Source: Planctomycetota bacterium
GTDB taxonomy: Bacteria > Planctomycetota > Planctomycetia > Planctomycetales > Planctomycetaceae
Length of the DNA: 64,000 nucleotides
Assembly: GCA_046341255.1 (NCBI GenBank)
Contig: JBKDRW010000597.1
Span: forward strand, 2,295-66,294
Reading direction: 5' to 3'
Below are positions 1 through 8,706 of the stretch, in pieces; within the stretch, counting starts at the first letter, position 1; each line of letters begins with the position of its first letter. The translations under genes were made by a program, and so were the position numbers. The notes under the pieces were generated by a model. It ran no database searches. It saw only the letters and a program-made list of their open reading frames with translations, and was not told where the DNA came from.

Positions 1-213
1 GAGCAAATGACACCTCATTGCGGTGGACGATATAAACCCTGTCGATTGGACGGACGTGCTATACGCCGATACATCACAAGCTGGAAGATCAGAAGCACTA
101 TCCGCTGGCTGCAGTACGAGCGTCGCCTTCTTGTCCGCCATGAAAGTCGCGCTCATCCGTCGAAGGCTGCCTGCATCTCACCTGCATGATGTGTACTGAC
201 AGGAAATCTTGAA

Positions 214-1278
214 ATGGCCTCGGATGCGACATCACTTTTTAATGTGGAAGTTCACGTGAGGTGGGTAATGACGAAGCCGCGCGTGGTCGGCAATATGGCA
301 GATAAGGCGAGGATGTGGGTGTGCTTGCTAAGTCTTCACCTCTTGCTGCCGGTTCGCGAGTTGAGAGCTGACGACTCTGCAACTCTGAAGATGCTTTACC
401 TTGCTCAGGTCGCAGCAGAGTCAGCGTTTCCTTCTGGAGAACTTCATGCCACTGTCGTCGACGAGTGGGCGAAGCGGGAGGCAGACGTCGTCATTCAGTG
501 GCGCGGCGAAAGTTGTTATATTCGGGCTACCTGTAAGGAAACGATGACATTATCGGAGGAACAAATTCCTGAAGTGCGGGAAGTTGAGCAAATCTATACT
601 CCCGGTGTTTGGATCTTTTCCGAACCGAAAGCAAAAATTGTTCAGCGCGTGTTGGACAAGAGGATGTCGGGCTGGTCGCAGCTTAAGCTGATGCCAAAAG
701 ATGCCTGGTTCTGTTTGGCACCAGAGAGTCAGAGAACCTGGTCGCAGAAGTTAAAGCAGCAAATGGATCCAGGTGGGCCCTGGACGACAGACATTCAGGA
801 ATTGCCTGACGGGGTTTGGGAGGTCACCGATACCGATAAACAAAGCGGCGATCTGTGTGTGACCGTTTATGACACTCGCAAGGCCGGAAATGTCGTGAGG
901 TATGAGTGTATTCCGGTTGGCGAAAGCAATCAGTATCGATTGAGAGGAGAATATGGTTGGGCTTACGTGGATGATAGTCGCTGGGCCCTGAAGTCTTATA
1001 CGTATCAGCTGACAACCAGGGCAGATGAGAATTTTGAAAAGTGTCCATCTTTCAGCATCAAAGTGAAGGAATTCAATCCCAATCCGTCGATCTCGGTCAA
1101 TCGCTTCGAGATGAGTTCGCTGACTCTGAGAAAGGGTACTCTGGTGGAAGAACTTGGGGCCAAAGAGCGTCGCTATCGAATTGGGGATAAAGAGGGGCCT
1201 GAGGCAGGGATATCTGAGGAAGTCTTCAGGGCTCTCATTGAGATCGGAAAAGATAAGGGATTCGGTGCTGCGAAGTAG
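214..1278 (+). CDS. hypothetical secreted protein; probable paralog of the 18856..19848 product (first visible gene of cassette copy 1)
   Basis: 354-aa ORF. The in-frame Met at 295 is followed by a signal-peptide-like stretch (MADKARMWVCLLSLHLLLPV), so the true start may be 268 or 295. It shows weak but ordered by-eye similarity to the 330-aa product of 18856..19848 (ES..SGxxHxT, then [IV][QE]W[RS][GE][ED]..Y[IF], then V[KD][ES]F[NE]P). It sits in the same position directly upstream of a C39-like gene. No family recognised. Confidence 0.55.
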   Translation: MASDATSLFNVEVHVRWVMTKPRVVGNMADKARMWVCLLSLHLLLPVRELRADDSATLKMLYLAQVAAESAFPSGELHATVVDEWAKREADVVIQWRGESCYIRATCKETMTLSEEQIPEVREVEQIYTPGVWIFSEPKAKIVQRVLDKRMSGWSQLKLMPKDAWFCLAPESQRTWSQKLKQQMDPGGPWTTDIQELPDGVWEVTDTDKQSGDLCVTVYDTRKAGNVVRYECIPVGESNQYRLRGEYGWAYVDDSRWALKSYTYQLTTRADENFEKCPSFSIKVKEFNPNPSISVNRFEMSSLTLRKGTLVEELGAKERRYRIGDKEGPEAGISEEVFRALIEIGKDKGFGAAK

Positions 1279-1503
1279 TGTTCATCGGTGACTGTGATCC
1301 GCATTTTCACATTGCCGGGCGAGCCTCTCCTCAGATGAGTGATCAGGCTGCATTCACACGTTGCACCGGCTTTCACGGGGCGTTGTCGGATGTGCCGCTC
1401 GGACCCTGGCAAGTTCTGGAATCTGATCTGTATGAATCGCTGAAGCCTCTTTATGACGTACTCGCATACACCCCTGCAACATGAGTCATCTTTGGTCAAA
1501 ACA

Positions 1504-3162
1504 ATGATGCTTACCCCGAGAAATTCAGGTCGCGGAATTTGGATCGGCGTGCCACTGCAGTGGATTGTCTGCATTTTTGTATTGCTGACGTTTCGTCCAA
1601 TCTTTGCTGAGGAGGAAGTCCCGCTAAGGTGTGGCAGCAACTGCTTGTACGTTGCCGCTGGCATCTTAGATAAAGCTCCTGCATCGCTGGAAGCAGTGGA
1701 AGAAATTCTTGGAGAGCCGGAGCGAAATGGCTATTCACTTCAGCGATTAGCAGAAGGAGCGAAGAAGATCGGTCTGGAAGCGATTCCTGTGCGCACGTCC
1801 ATTGGTAATTTGATCGCGCGCAGGGAGCGATTTGTGTGCATTGCGCATTTGTCAAAAGGTCACTTTGTCATTCTGGCTGATGTGGCAGACCAGTCTGTTC
1901 AGGTCATCGATCCTCCGACAAACTCCATTCTTCCCATCCAGACTGTGGCGAATCTGTGGGATGGGACAGCCCTGCTTGTTTCTCTCGCGCCTTTGTTATC
2001 TGAGGAAGAGCTTTCTCAAAGGCTCAGGATTGCCGCGATGGGAAAGGCGGCAGCATGTTTCATCGGGCTTGTTTCAGTCGCTGGGGCCGGATGGATTTTC
2101 GTCAGAAGGCACCGGAGAATGATCTCAATCGGGTGTCTTTGCATGTTCATTTTCCTCGGAGTTCCAGTTGGGTGCCATCAAAGCGATTCTGTCTCTGAGG
2201 AACGCTCAAGCCCACAAGAGGAAATCGGACCACAAATTGTTTTTGACTCACATTTAGTCGATTTCGGCATGCTCGAATTGACTATTGGCTCCGATCGGCA
2301 CAGGTCAGCGATTCGAGTGCGCAATTCCGGCACGGCTCCATTGATTCTGGGGTCAATCAAATTGTCTTGCGGATGTCTTTCAGCGCTTCCTCGTCAATCT
2401 GTTTTGTCTCCTGGCGAAGAGACAGAGATTGATATTGAGGTGTCTATTCAGCAACCCGGAGAGCACGCGGGCTCGCTGGAGGTGTCTTCCAACTGCGCGA
2501 AAACTCCGGTGGAGCGGTTGAGTCTGCGATGGAATGCAGCAGGACCCTTCGAACTCGATTTTCCAGAAATTGACCTCGGCCGTCTTCGTCCGAATGCGGT
2601 CGAGAAGAGACGGGTGCAATTTCTTAGCCGGAAGGCAACTTGTCCCGATGTCGTGTTCGGCAGCTTTCAGTCGAAATCACTGAATCCGCAATTAGAGTCT
2701 TCAATTGATGACGGAGGAGGATCATTCACGGTTCAGGTCACAGCGGGGACCCTCCCGGAATCCCACCATGAGGTGCTCGTCTTGAATTTATCCAATTGCT
2801 GGCAGGATGTGGTACGAGTACCCGTTCGTTGGGAGGTGTCTCCGCCAGTAAGTGTAACTCCAAAAGCTTTTTTTCTGGGATCGCTGGCAAGGAATGAACG
2901 AGTCCAGCGGAAACTGGTTGTTGAGGTGCCTGAAAATCGCGTTGATATTGATGTCTCGGATTTAACGACAGATCTTACGCGGTTTGTCAGCATGAATCGG
3001 TTGAGGGAGACAGCGCTGATCGTGACAATTGAGTTCACGGCACCTGAAAACCCCGGGCCGTTTGAGGCGGAGATTGACTTGAATGTCACCACTCCCGAAT
3101 TATGCGACCTTCGAATTCCTGTCTGCGGGTTGGTTGAGAATGCAAAACCGCCTACGGAGTAG
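1504..3162 (+). CDS. fusion protein: signal peptide, C39-like papain-fold cysteine peptidase domain, TM segment, then DUF1573-type Ig-like repeats
   Basis: Start moved to the MM at 1504, which is followed by a hydrophobic signal (GIWIGVPLQWIVCIFVLLTF). The C39-type catalytic Cys context is RCGSNCLYVAAG (Cys codon 1630-1632) and the His context is KGHFVILADV. A TM segment follows (ACFIGLVSVAGAGWIFV + RRHRR). The DUF1573 hallmark is present (LVDFGMLE...VRNSGTAPLILGSIKLSCGCLSA), followed by further Ig-like modules. Confidence 0.75.
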   Translation: MMLTPRNSGRGIWIGVPLQWIVCIFVLLTFRPIFAEEEVPLRCGSNCLYVAAGILDKAPASLEAVEEILGEPERNGYSLQRLAEGAKKIGLEAIPVRTSIGNLIARRERFVCIAHLSKGHFVILADVADQSVQVIDPPTNSILPIQTVANLWDGTALLVSLAPLLSEEELSQRLRIAAMGKAAACFIGLVSVAGAGWIFVRRHRRMISIGCLCMFIFLGVPVGCHQSDSVSEERSSPQEEIGPQIVFDSHLVDFGMLELTIGSDRHRSAIRVRNSGTAPLILGSIKLSCGCLSALPRQSVLSPGEETEIDIEVSIQQPGEHAGSLEVSSNCAKTPVERLSLRWNAAGPFELDFPEIDLGRLRPNAVEKRRVQFLSRKATCPDVVFGSFQSKSLNPQLESSIDDGGGSFTVQVTAGTLPESHHEVLVLNLSNCWQDVVRVPVRWEVSPPVSVTPKAFFLGSLARNERVQRKLVVEVPENRVDIDVSDLTTDLTRFVSMNRLRETALIVTIEFTAPENPGPFEAEIDLNVTTPELCDLRIPVCGLVENAKPPTE

Positions 3163-4174
3163 GGTAGACGTCTCCGTTGCAACTCCCCGAGCAATTTCGA
3201 TAAGGAGCCAACGGGGATTCACGATCCCTGAACTGCTGGTCACGATGGCTATTATAGCCATCCTTCTTTCCCTGTTGCTTCCCGCTGTCCAGTCAGCTCG
3301 AGAAACGTCGCGCAGATCAACCTGCATTTCCAGATTAGCACAGATTGGGAAAGCGATTCATGCGTTTGAATCCTCCCACAGTCGTTTGCCACTCACTGGT
3401 CAGAGATCAGACACGGATACCTCTGGTCACGTGGAATTGCTCCCATTCCTCGAACAATCAGCTTTGCAATCGCAGTTGCTGAAGGCGGACGAGCGATTTG
3501 AAGTTCGGATTTACGAGCACGTTCTGACTCAGCGAACAATCATCAGTCAGCGACTCCCGATTTTCGTTTGTCCTTCAGACTCCCGCGATGGGCGAAATAA
3601 CTTCGCTTATTGCCACGGCTGGGGTTTTGCGGCAGACCGTTTAGCAGCTCCATTTTCCAACTCAGATCGTGGAACAAGATTGACTGAGGTTACTGACGGG
3701 CTCAGCAACACGGCTGCTGTGTCTGAGAGGCTTACTGGAAGCGGAGTTTCGGAAGCGTTCGACCGACGACGGGATACATATTTTTGCGGGCTCGATCGGA
3801 TCATGTCCACCTCCGAGATCACGCCTTCGATCTTATCATTGGCCTGTGATGTTACTGATCCACCGTCTGGAAGCTTTACGTCGTTTGACTTTCATACATG
3901 GGCTTACACGTCATTTGAAAGCTCATGGTATAACCATGTCATGACTCCGAATTCCCGTCTCCCCAATTGCGCAACGCACTCCCCCGAGGTTATCAATTTC
4001 AGAACTCCATTTCTGGCTCGTGCCGGGAATTTTCGCAGCACGAGCCTTCACCGGGGATCGGTGAACACATTGTTCCTCGATGGATCTGTTCGGATCATTT
4101 CTGATGCTGTGGATGTCGATGCCTGGCGTGCCGTCGGCACTCACAGTGGGGGCGAACCGACGGGCGAGCTGTGA
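3140..4174 (+). CDS. DUF1559 family protein with type IV pilin-like N-terminal cleavage/methylation motif
   Basis: The motif RGFTIPELLVTMAIIAILLSLLLPAVQSARETSRRSTCISRLAQIGKAIHAFES is the canonical prepilin G|FT-x-x-E plus hydrophobic helix, followed by the LLPAVQ-AREAARR-C-N-LKQ-type DUF1559 start. The C-terminal LFLDGSVRIIS motif is typical of the family. Start taken at ATG 3140 and overlaps the upstream gene by 23 nt. Confidence 0.85.
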   Translation: MQNRLRSRVDVSVATPRAISIRSQRGFTIPELLVTMAIIAILLSLLLPAVQSARETSRRSTCISRLAQIGKAIHAFESSHSRLPLTGQRSDTDTSGHVELLPFLEQSALQSQLLKADERFEVRIYEHVLTQRTIISQRLPIFVCPSDSRDGRNNFAYCHGWGFAADRLAAPFSNSDRGTRLTEVTDGLSNTAAVSERLTGSGVSEAFDRRRDTYFCGLDRIMSTSEITPSILSLACDVTDPPSGSFTSFDFHTWAYTSFESSWYNHVMTPNSRLPNCATHSPEVINFRTPFLARAGNFRSTSLHRGSVNTLFLDGSVRIISDAVDVDAWRAVGTHSGGEPTGEL

Positions 4175-4378
4175 GTCGATACTCTGGCAAGGTCACCAGG
4201 AGAGAAATTGTTTGCATAGAAAACGTGCGAGGAACCGTTTCTTCGATTCGTCGTTGGCGATTCTTCAGAAGACGGATTCTGACAAGGTGCCGCACGCAAC
4301 CGACGGATGATTGATCGACTGAGCGAAACGGATGCTTTCATGCGGAGAGCTGACGCCCTGTCTCTCGTCTCTCAAATG

Positions 4379-5692
4379 TCATTCACCGATGCAATACAGC
4401 CATTCCTGACGTTTCCCGTCTTCGTCGAGCGCGATGCGATTGTAGATGCGGTGTCCGCAGATGGCGGGGGTGGCGAAGACGCTGGTGCCGAGCTTGTTCG
4501 TGCCGAGCAGTTCGAACTTCTCTTTCGATGCCGCAAAGATGAATGTCTGGCCTTCTTCACTGGTTGCGTAGATGAGGTCACCGACCATCACCGGCGAACT
4601 GCTGAAGGTTCCGCCGAGTCGGCCTTTCCAGATTTCTTCACCCGTATCGCTCTTCCAGCACATCGCGATGCCAGCATCCAGTACGGCATAGAGATAACCG
4701 TCACGGCACAGCAGCGATGGCACATACGTTCGAGCAGTGTTTTCCCACGCCAGCTTCTTTGATCCGTCAGCCGTTACCGCAGAAACATGATTCTTCGGAT
4801 AGCCACCGCTGGTGAAGATGTGCCTGCCGTCAGTAACCGTTGTCGTCACACATTCCGTCGTGGCCCCTTCGGTCTCCCAGTAGACTTCGCCCGTGATCGG
4901 ATTCAGGCTGGTGACGAGATCACATCCGGTGAGAAAAAGCTGATCCTTGCCCGCAACATTCAGAACCACGACCGACGGATAATTCGGCCTGGCCGGTCGT
5001 TCTTTCTTCCAGACAACATCACCAGTCGCGCGATTCATGGCCATGACCACTCCGCCGCCTTCGCCTTTGTTGTCGGAGACACTGATGACGAGATTCTGAT
5101 AGAGCAGCGGCGAAGCTCCGAAGCCCTGATGATTGACGTAGTTTGACAGCTTCGTCTGCCAGAGCTTCTTGCCAGCCAGATCGAGCGCCGTCATGTAGAC
5201 TGAGTCGCCATTCAGGAAGTTGACGAAGTAATGTTCACCATCGCACGCGGCGGCCGTCGAAGCCATCGTCGACTTTTCGTTGTTCTTCACATCCAGCCCG
5301 CCCTCATGGACGATGGTCTCCCAAAGCTGTTTGCCGGTCGTGCGATCAAAACACAGCACCGATTGAACCTTGCGATCGTGATCGGCAGCCGTCACGACGA
5401 CGTGATCACCAGCGACGATCGGTGAACCGTGGCCTCGGCCGGGCACTCTCGCTTTCCAGACGATATTCTTGGTTTCGCTCCATTCCAGCGGAGGCTTTTG
5501 TCCGGGTTCGGCAATGCCATCAAACGTCGGGCCCCGCCACCACGGCCAGTCGCCTTTCGGAGATCGAATCGGCTTGAGCTGCGCAGATTCCGCTGGATCA
5601 GCCGCCGTGCTCGTCGAGGACCAAAGTGCGCCAACAACAACCAGAGCATACATCAGTGCAACAACGCGCAAACTTTGGCGCAGCAAATTCAT
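4379..5692 (-). CDS. secreted PQQ-like (BamB/YxaL-type) beta-propeller repeat protein
   Basis: Start taken at ATG 5692 (MNLLRQSLRVVALMYALVVVGALW signal). It has the WPWWRGP entry motif and repeated ...G.lyv....g.l.ald..tGk.lW blades (TGKQLWE, GKKLWQ, TGDVVWK, TGEVYWE, TGEEIWK). Confidence 0.8.
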   Translation of the reverse strand: MNLLRQSLRVVALMYALVVVGALWSSTSTAADPAESAQLKPIRSPKGDWPWWRGPTFDGIAEPGQKPPLEWSETKNIVWKARVPGRGHGSPIVAGDHVVVTAADHDRKVQSVLCFDRTTGKQLWETIVHEGGLDVKNNEKSTMASTAAACDGEHYFVNFLNGDSVYMTALDLAGKKLWQTKLSNYVNHQGFGASPLLYQNLVISVSDNKGEGGGVVMAMNRATGDVVWKKERPARPNYPSVVVLNVAGKDQLFLTGCDLVTSLNPITGEVYWETEGATTECVTTTVTDGRHIFTSGGYPKNHVSAVTADGSKKLAWENTARTYVPSLLCRDGYLYAVLDAGIAMCWKSDTGEEIWKGRLGGTFSSSPVMVGDLIYATSEEGQTFIFAASKEKFELLGTNKLGTSVFATPAICGHRIYNRIALDEDGKRQEWLYCIGE

Positions 5693-5909
5693 GGCGGGAT
5701 CTTTCAGCGGAGGAAAAGGGCAGAAATCACGAAGTATCATGTCTTACCGCAGGGACACATCGGGATCAAATGAACGAGCCTATCAGGGCGCCGCTGATGC
5801 GTCTGCTACCTGCCGGTTGTGTGAGTTGACGCTGCGTGGCCCTGTCGCTGAGTTCGTGAGAACTCGGGATTCTGACGATTTCCGTGATGGATCGGTCCGA
5901 CCTGCATCT

Positions 5910-7013
5910 CTACCGAATCGGGCTGGCCGGGGCTTTGACTCTGAATCCGCACATGTAGATTCCGAGCACATAGAGGAACAGCAGCGGGATCATCATGAGC
6001 AGCATGCTCCACGGGTCTGGCGATGTCGTCAGCACCATGGACGCGATGGAAATGATCAGCACGGCGATTCGCCAGTTATCTTTGTAGGTATCGACTGTAC
6101 AGATACCGATTCTTTCGAGGAACACCATGACCATCGGTAATTGAAAACTGACACCGAACATTAAGGGCATCAGCATCGCCAGCGTGATGTATTCGGACAA
6201 GCGAGGCTGAAGGCTGACGCCGATCCATTTGTTAAAGCCGATCAGGAATTGGAGCATCATCGGGAACGCATAAAAGTACCCTGCCAGAGCGCCGATGATG
6301 AACAGACCGACGCTCATGGGAAGATAGATGTGAACATACTTGCGTTCATGAGGATACAAACCCGCCGCAATGAACAGCCACAACTGATAAAAGACCCATG
6401 GAGACGACAGCAGCAAACCGGCATAAAGGCAAATCTTCATGTACGCCATGAATCCCTCTTCGGGTTTCAACGTCGTCAGTCCCGTCGAATCCCGAATGAC
6501 TCGCTGCAACTGCGAAAACTCGGGTGCGGTCAGAACGAGGCTGACTCGCTCTGCAGGCTTTGTGGATGATTCGGACTCTGTCTTTTCCGCGTCGCCTGCT
6601 GTCTGCTCATCTTCCGCGGGGACCAGTTCGGGCACTTGTTGTCCCAGAGCTTTCAACAGTTCCTTCTTGTCGACTTCCACTCGCAGTTCATCCGACCGCA
6701 GCTTCTCTGGTTCTGGCTGTGGTTCTGTTTGAGGCCCCTTCGCCGCCTCGGAAGAAAACATGGCCTTCAGATACTCAGAGAAACTCTGTTTTGGCACGTC
6801 GACGCGAATATCTTCTTCGTCGATACCACTGTTTCGAAGCTGCGTCTCAATGGGAGTTCGCAGCAGATGGAACAGCTCTTTCCCGAAGTACAGCATCACG
6901 CCGACAGCAATCACAATCCCCACCACCGCGCGGAAGACGTGAACGCGGAGCACTTCGAGGTGCTCCCCGAAGGTCATTGTCGTATCGTCGAAAAGATCTC
7001 GAGATTTCGGCAT
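5910..7013 (-). CDS. tatC: twin-arginine translocase subunit TatC, with a large insertion in the first periplasmic loop
   Basis: The N-terminus (MTFGEHLEVLRVHVFRAVVGIVIAV) matches the TatC HLxELRxRL start. Core motifs are LKPEEGFMAYMKICLYAGLLLSSPWVFYQLWLFIAAGLYPHERKY and a C-terminal SPDPWSM. Confidence 0.85.
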   Translation of the reverse strand: MPKSRDLFDDTTMTFGEHLEVLRVHVFRAVVGIVIAVGVMLYFGKELFHLLRTPIETQLRNSGIDEEDIRVDVPKQSFSEYLKAMFSSEAAKGPQTEPQPEPEKLRSDELRVEVDKKELLKALGQQVPELVPAEDEQTAGDAEKTESESSTKPAERVSLVLTAPEFSQLQRVIRDSTGLTTLKPEEGFMAYMKICLYAGLLLSSPWVFYQLWLFIAAGLYPHERKYVHIYLPMSVGLFIIGALAGYFYAFPMMLQFLIGFNKWIGVSLQPRLSEYITLAMLMPLMFGVSFQLPMVMVFLERIGICTVDTYKDNWRIAVLIISIASMVLTTSPDPWSMLLMMIPLLFLYVLGIYMCGFRVKAPASPIR

Positions 7014-7104
7014 GAGCGATCAGTGGCAGGCGGGCAAGGTTGGTGAAAATGTCGGCAGACGTTAACAGGACAGTTAGTGCCTCAATAAAGCGAACCTTCT
7101 TTTG

Positions 7105-7212
7105 CCTCCGGGTTCATCCCGGTGGGGTCAGGTCTTTGCACTATTCCAATTCCGATTTCAGTTGAAACTGTGTAGTGCAGAGGCCCTAAAACCACCGGGG
7201 TCAACCGGCAGG
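7105..7212. repeat. structured intergenic repeat (REP/MITE-like), copy 1
   Basis: It has a terminal hairpin cctccggg-ttcat-cccggtgg (7105-7125), internal complementary arms ctttgcacta / tagtgcagag, and a second ccaccgggg module at 7192-7212. The reverse complement aligns with 31507-31619: 20/21 at the terminal hairpin and about 32/41 at the other end, with a diverged centre. It lies between the ilvE stop and the tatC start. Confidence 0.6.
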
Positions 7213-7234
7213 CGTCGCTTCATCAAGGGCTGTC

Positions 7235-8095
7235 TCAACTGCCCTGAGTCAGCTTACGGAATTTCTCGAGCAGCGTCTTCGTGATTGGACCCGGTTTGCC
7301 AGTTCCAATCTGACGACCGTCGAGACTTGTTACTGCGATGACTTCGGCTGCGGTGCCTGTCAGGAAGCATTCGTCAGCGACGAAGATATCATGACGAGTC
7401 AGCACGCATTCCACGACAGGGATCCCGGATTCCTTCGCCAGCTTCATGACGGCATTGCGAGTGATCCCTTCCAGAATGCCCGCATCCGGCTGAGGTGTCT
7501 TCAGGGCGCCATTCTTGACGATGAAGATGTTGTCACCCGTGCACTCGGCCACTTCGCCGTTGTGGTTCAACATCAACGCTTCGACAGTCCCGGCATCTGT
7601 TCCTTCGATCTTGGCCATGATGTTGTTGAGATAATTCAGGGACTTGATACGAGGACTCAGTGCGCCAGGATGATTTCGAATGGTTGCGGCTGTCACCAGT
7701 CGCATGCCGGTTTCATATAGTTCCGGAGGATACAGCGAGATCATGTCGGCAATAATGATGACCTGCGGGTTCGCAGTACGACGAATATCAAGACCCAGCG
7801 AGCCGGCCCCGCGAGTCACGACAAGTCGCACATAACCGTCAGTGATGTGGTTCGCCGCGACTGTGTCCTCGACCGCCTTCATCATTTCCGCATGGCTCAT
7901 CGGGATGACCAGTCGAATCGCCAGCGCGCTTTCGTACAGTCGGTCGGTATGTTCCTTCAGCAGGAACACCTTACCGCCGTAGACTCGAATTCCTTCGAAA
8001 ATGCCGTCTCCGTAGAGCAGACCATGATCGAAAACGCTGACGCTTGCCTGTTCCGCCGGGACCAGCTTTCCAGCCACATAAACTTTGCGAGACAT
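7235..8095 (-). CDS. ilvE: branched-chain amino acid aminotransferase (fold-type IV PLP enzyme)
   Basis: 286 aa. Supporting motifs are VSVFDHGLLYGDGIFEGIRVY, the typical LLKEHTDRLYESA, and ...GITR...E....R.DI..ADE.FLTGTAAEV. Confidence 0.85.
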   Translation of the reverse strand: MSRKVYVAGKLVPAEQASVSVFDHGLLYGDGIFEGIRVYGGKVFLLKEHTDRLYESALAIRLVIPMSHAEMMKAVEDTVAANHITDGYVRLVVTRGAGSLGLDIRRTANPQVIIIADMISLYPPELYETGMRLVTAATIRNHPGALSPRIKSLNYLNNIMAKIEGTDAGTVEALMLNHNGEVAECTGDNIFIVKNGALKTPQPDAGILEGITRNAVMKLAKESGIPVVECVLTRHDIFVADECFLTGTAAEVIAVTSLDGRQIGTGKPGPITKTLLEKFRKLTQGS

Positions 8096-8706
8096 GTAAA
8101 CCCTGTCGATTTTCGGTTCGAGCTGTGACTTCGCTCACCCGGTTTTCTGAAGTCCGACTGTCTGCACGGTGCGTGCAGAACCGGCAGTCCTTAATGACAC
8201 CAGAAACAATCAGCCTGTGAGCGATTTTCCTGCGAAATCCCCCCGACCGCAGTCTCTTCGCCGTTTGTGTTGGCAGCATTTGATGCCTCAAGTGCTGACG
8301 CTGTCAGGGATCCCGAGGTCAGGATTGTAGCGACGATCATGTTCGAGTGAGAGTCGCAACTTTGCCGACCACGAAGAATCCGGAGCAATCCGCCGCTTCC
8401 AGCACGAACATTCCTCATTTCTCAGGTGTGAAAGTCGGTGATCGGCATGGACTCACGGCCTGAGCGATGCGATGAGCGATCGAATGAAGCCCGCACAGCC
8501 TGTCACTTTTCCGTTGTCAGTCGAGGTCTGCCTGGCGAGGCAGAGACACCGTGCGGCCTGAATTCAAGCCATAGCACGAATAAGGACGGTGCAGCGCAGC
8601 AGATCCTGACTTCCGCCGGGCCATCTGCGGACAGTTTCAGGCACGACAACTGTTCGCTAAGCTGAACCGATCCCGCCAATCAACTTCCATCGCACAAAGG
8701 TCTGAT

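Noticed and set aside
1-189. Frame-1 ORF open to the window edge (…HCGGRYKPCRLDG…ACISPA), considered as the 3' end of a cassette-1 Cys-rich gene
   Set aside because: Only 62 codons are visible. It is strongly basic and shows no similarity to the cassette-2 Cys-rich protein. It cannot be supported or excluded from this window.
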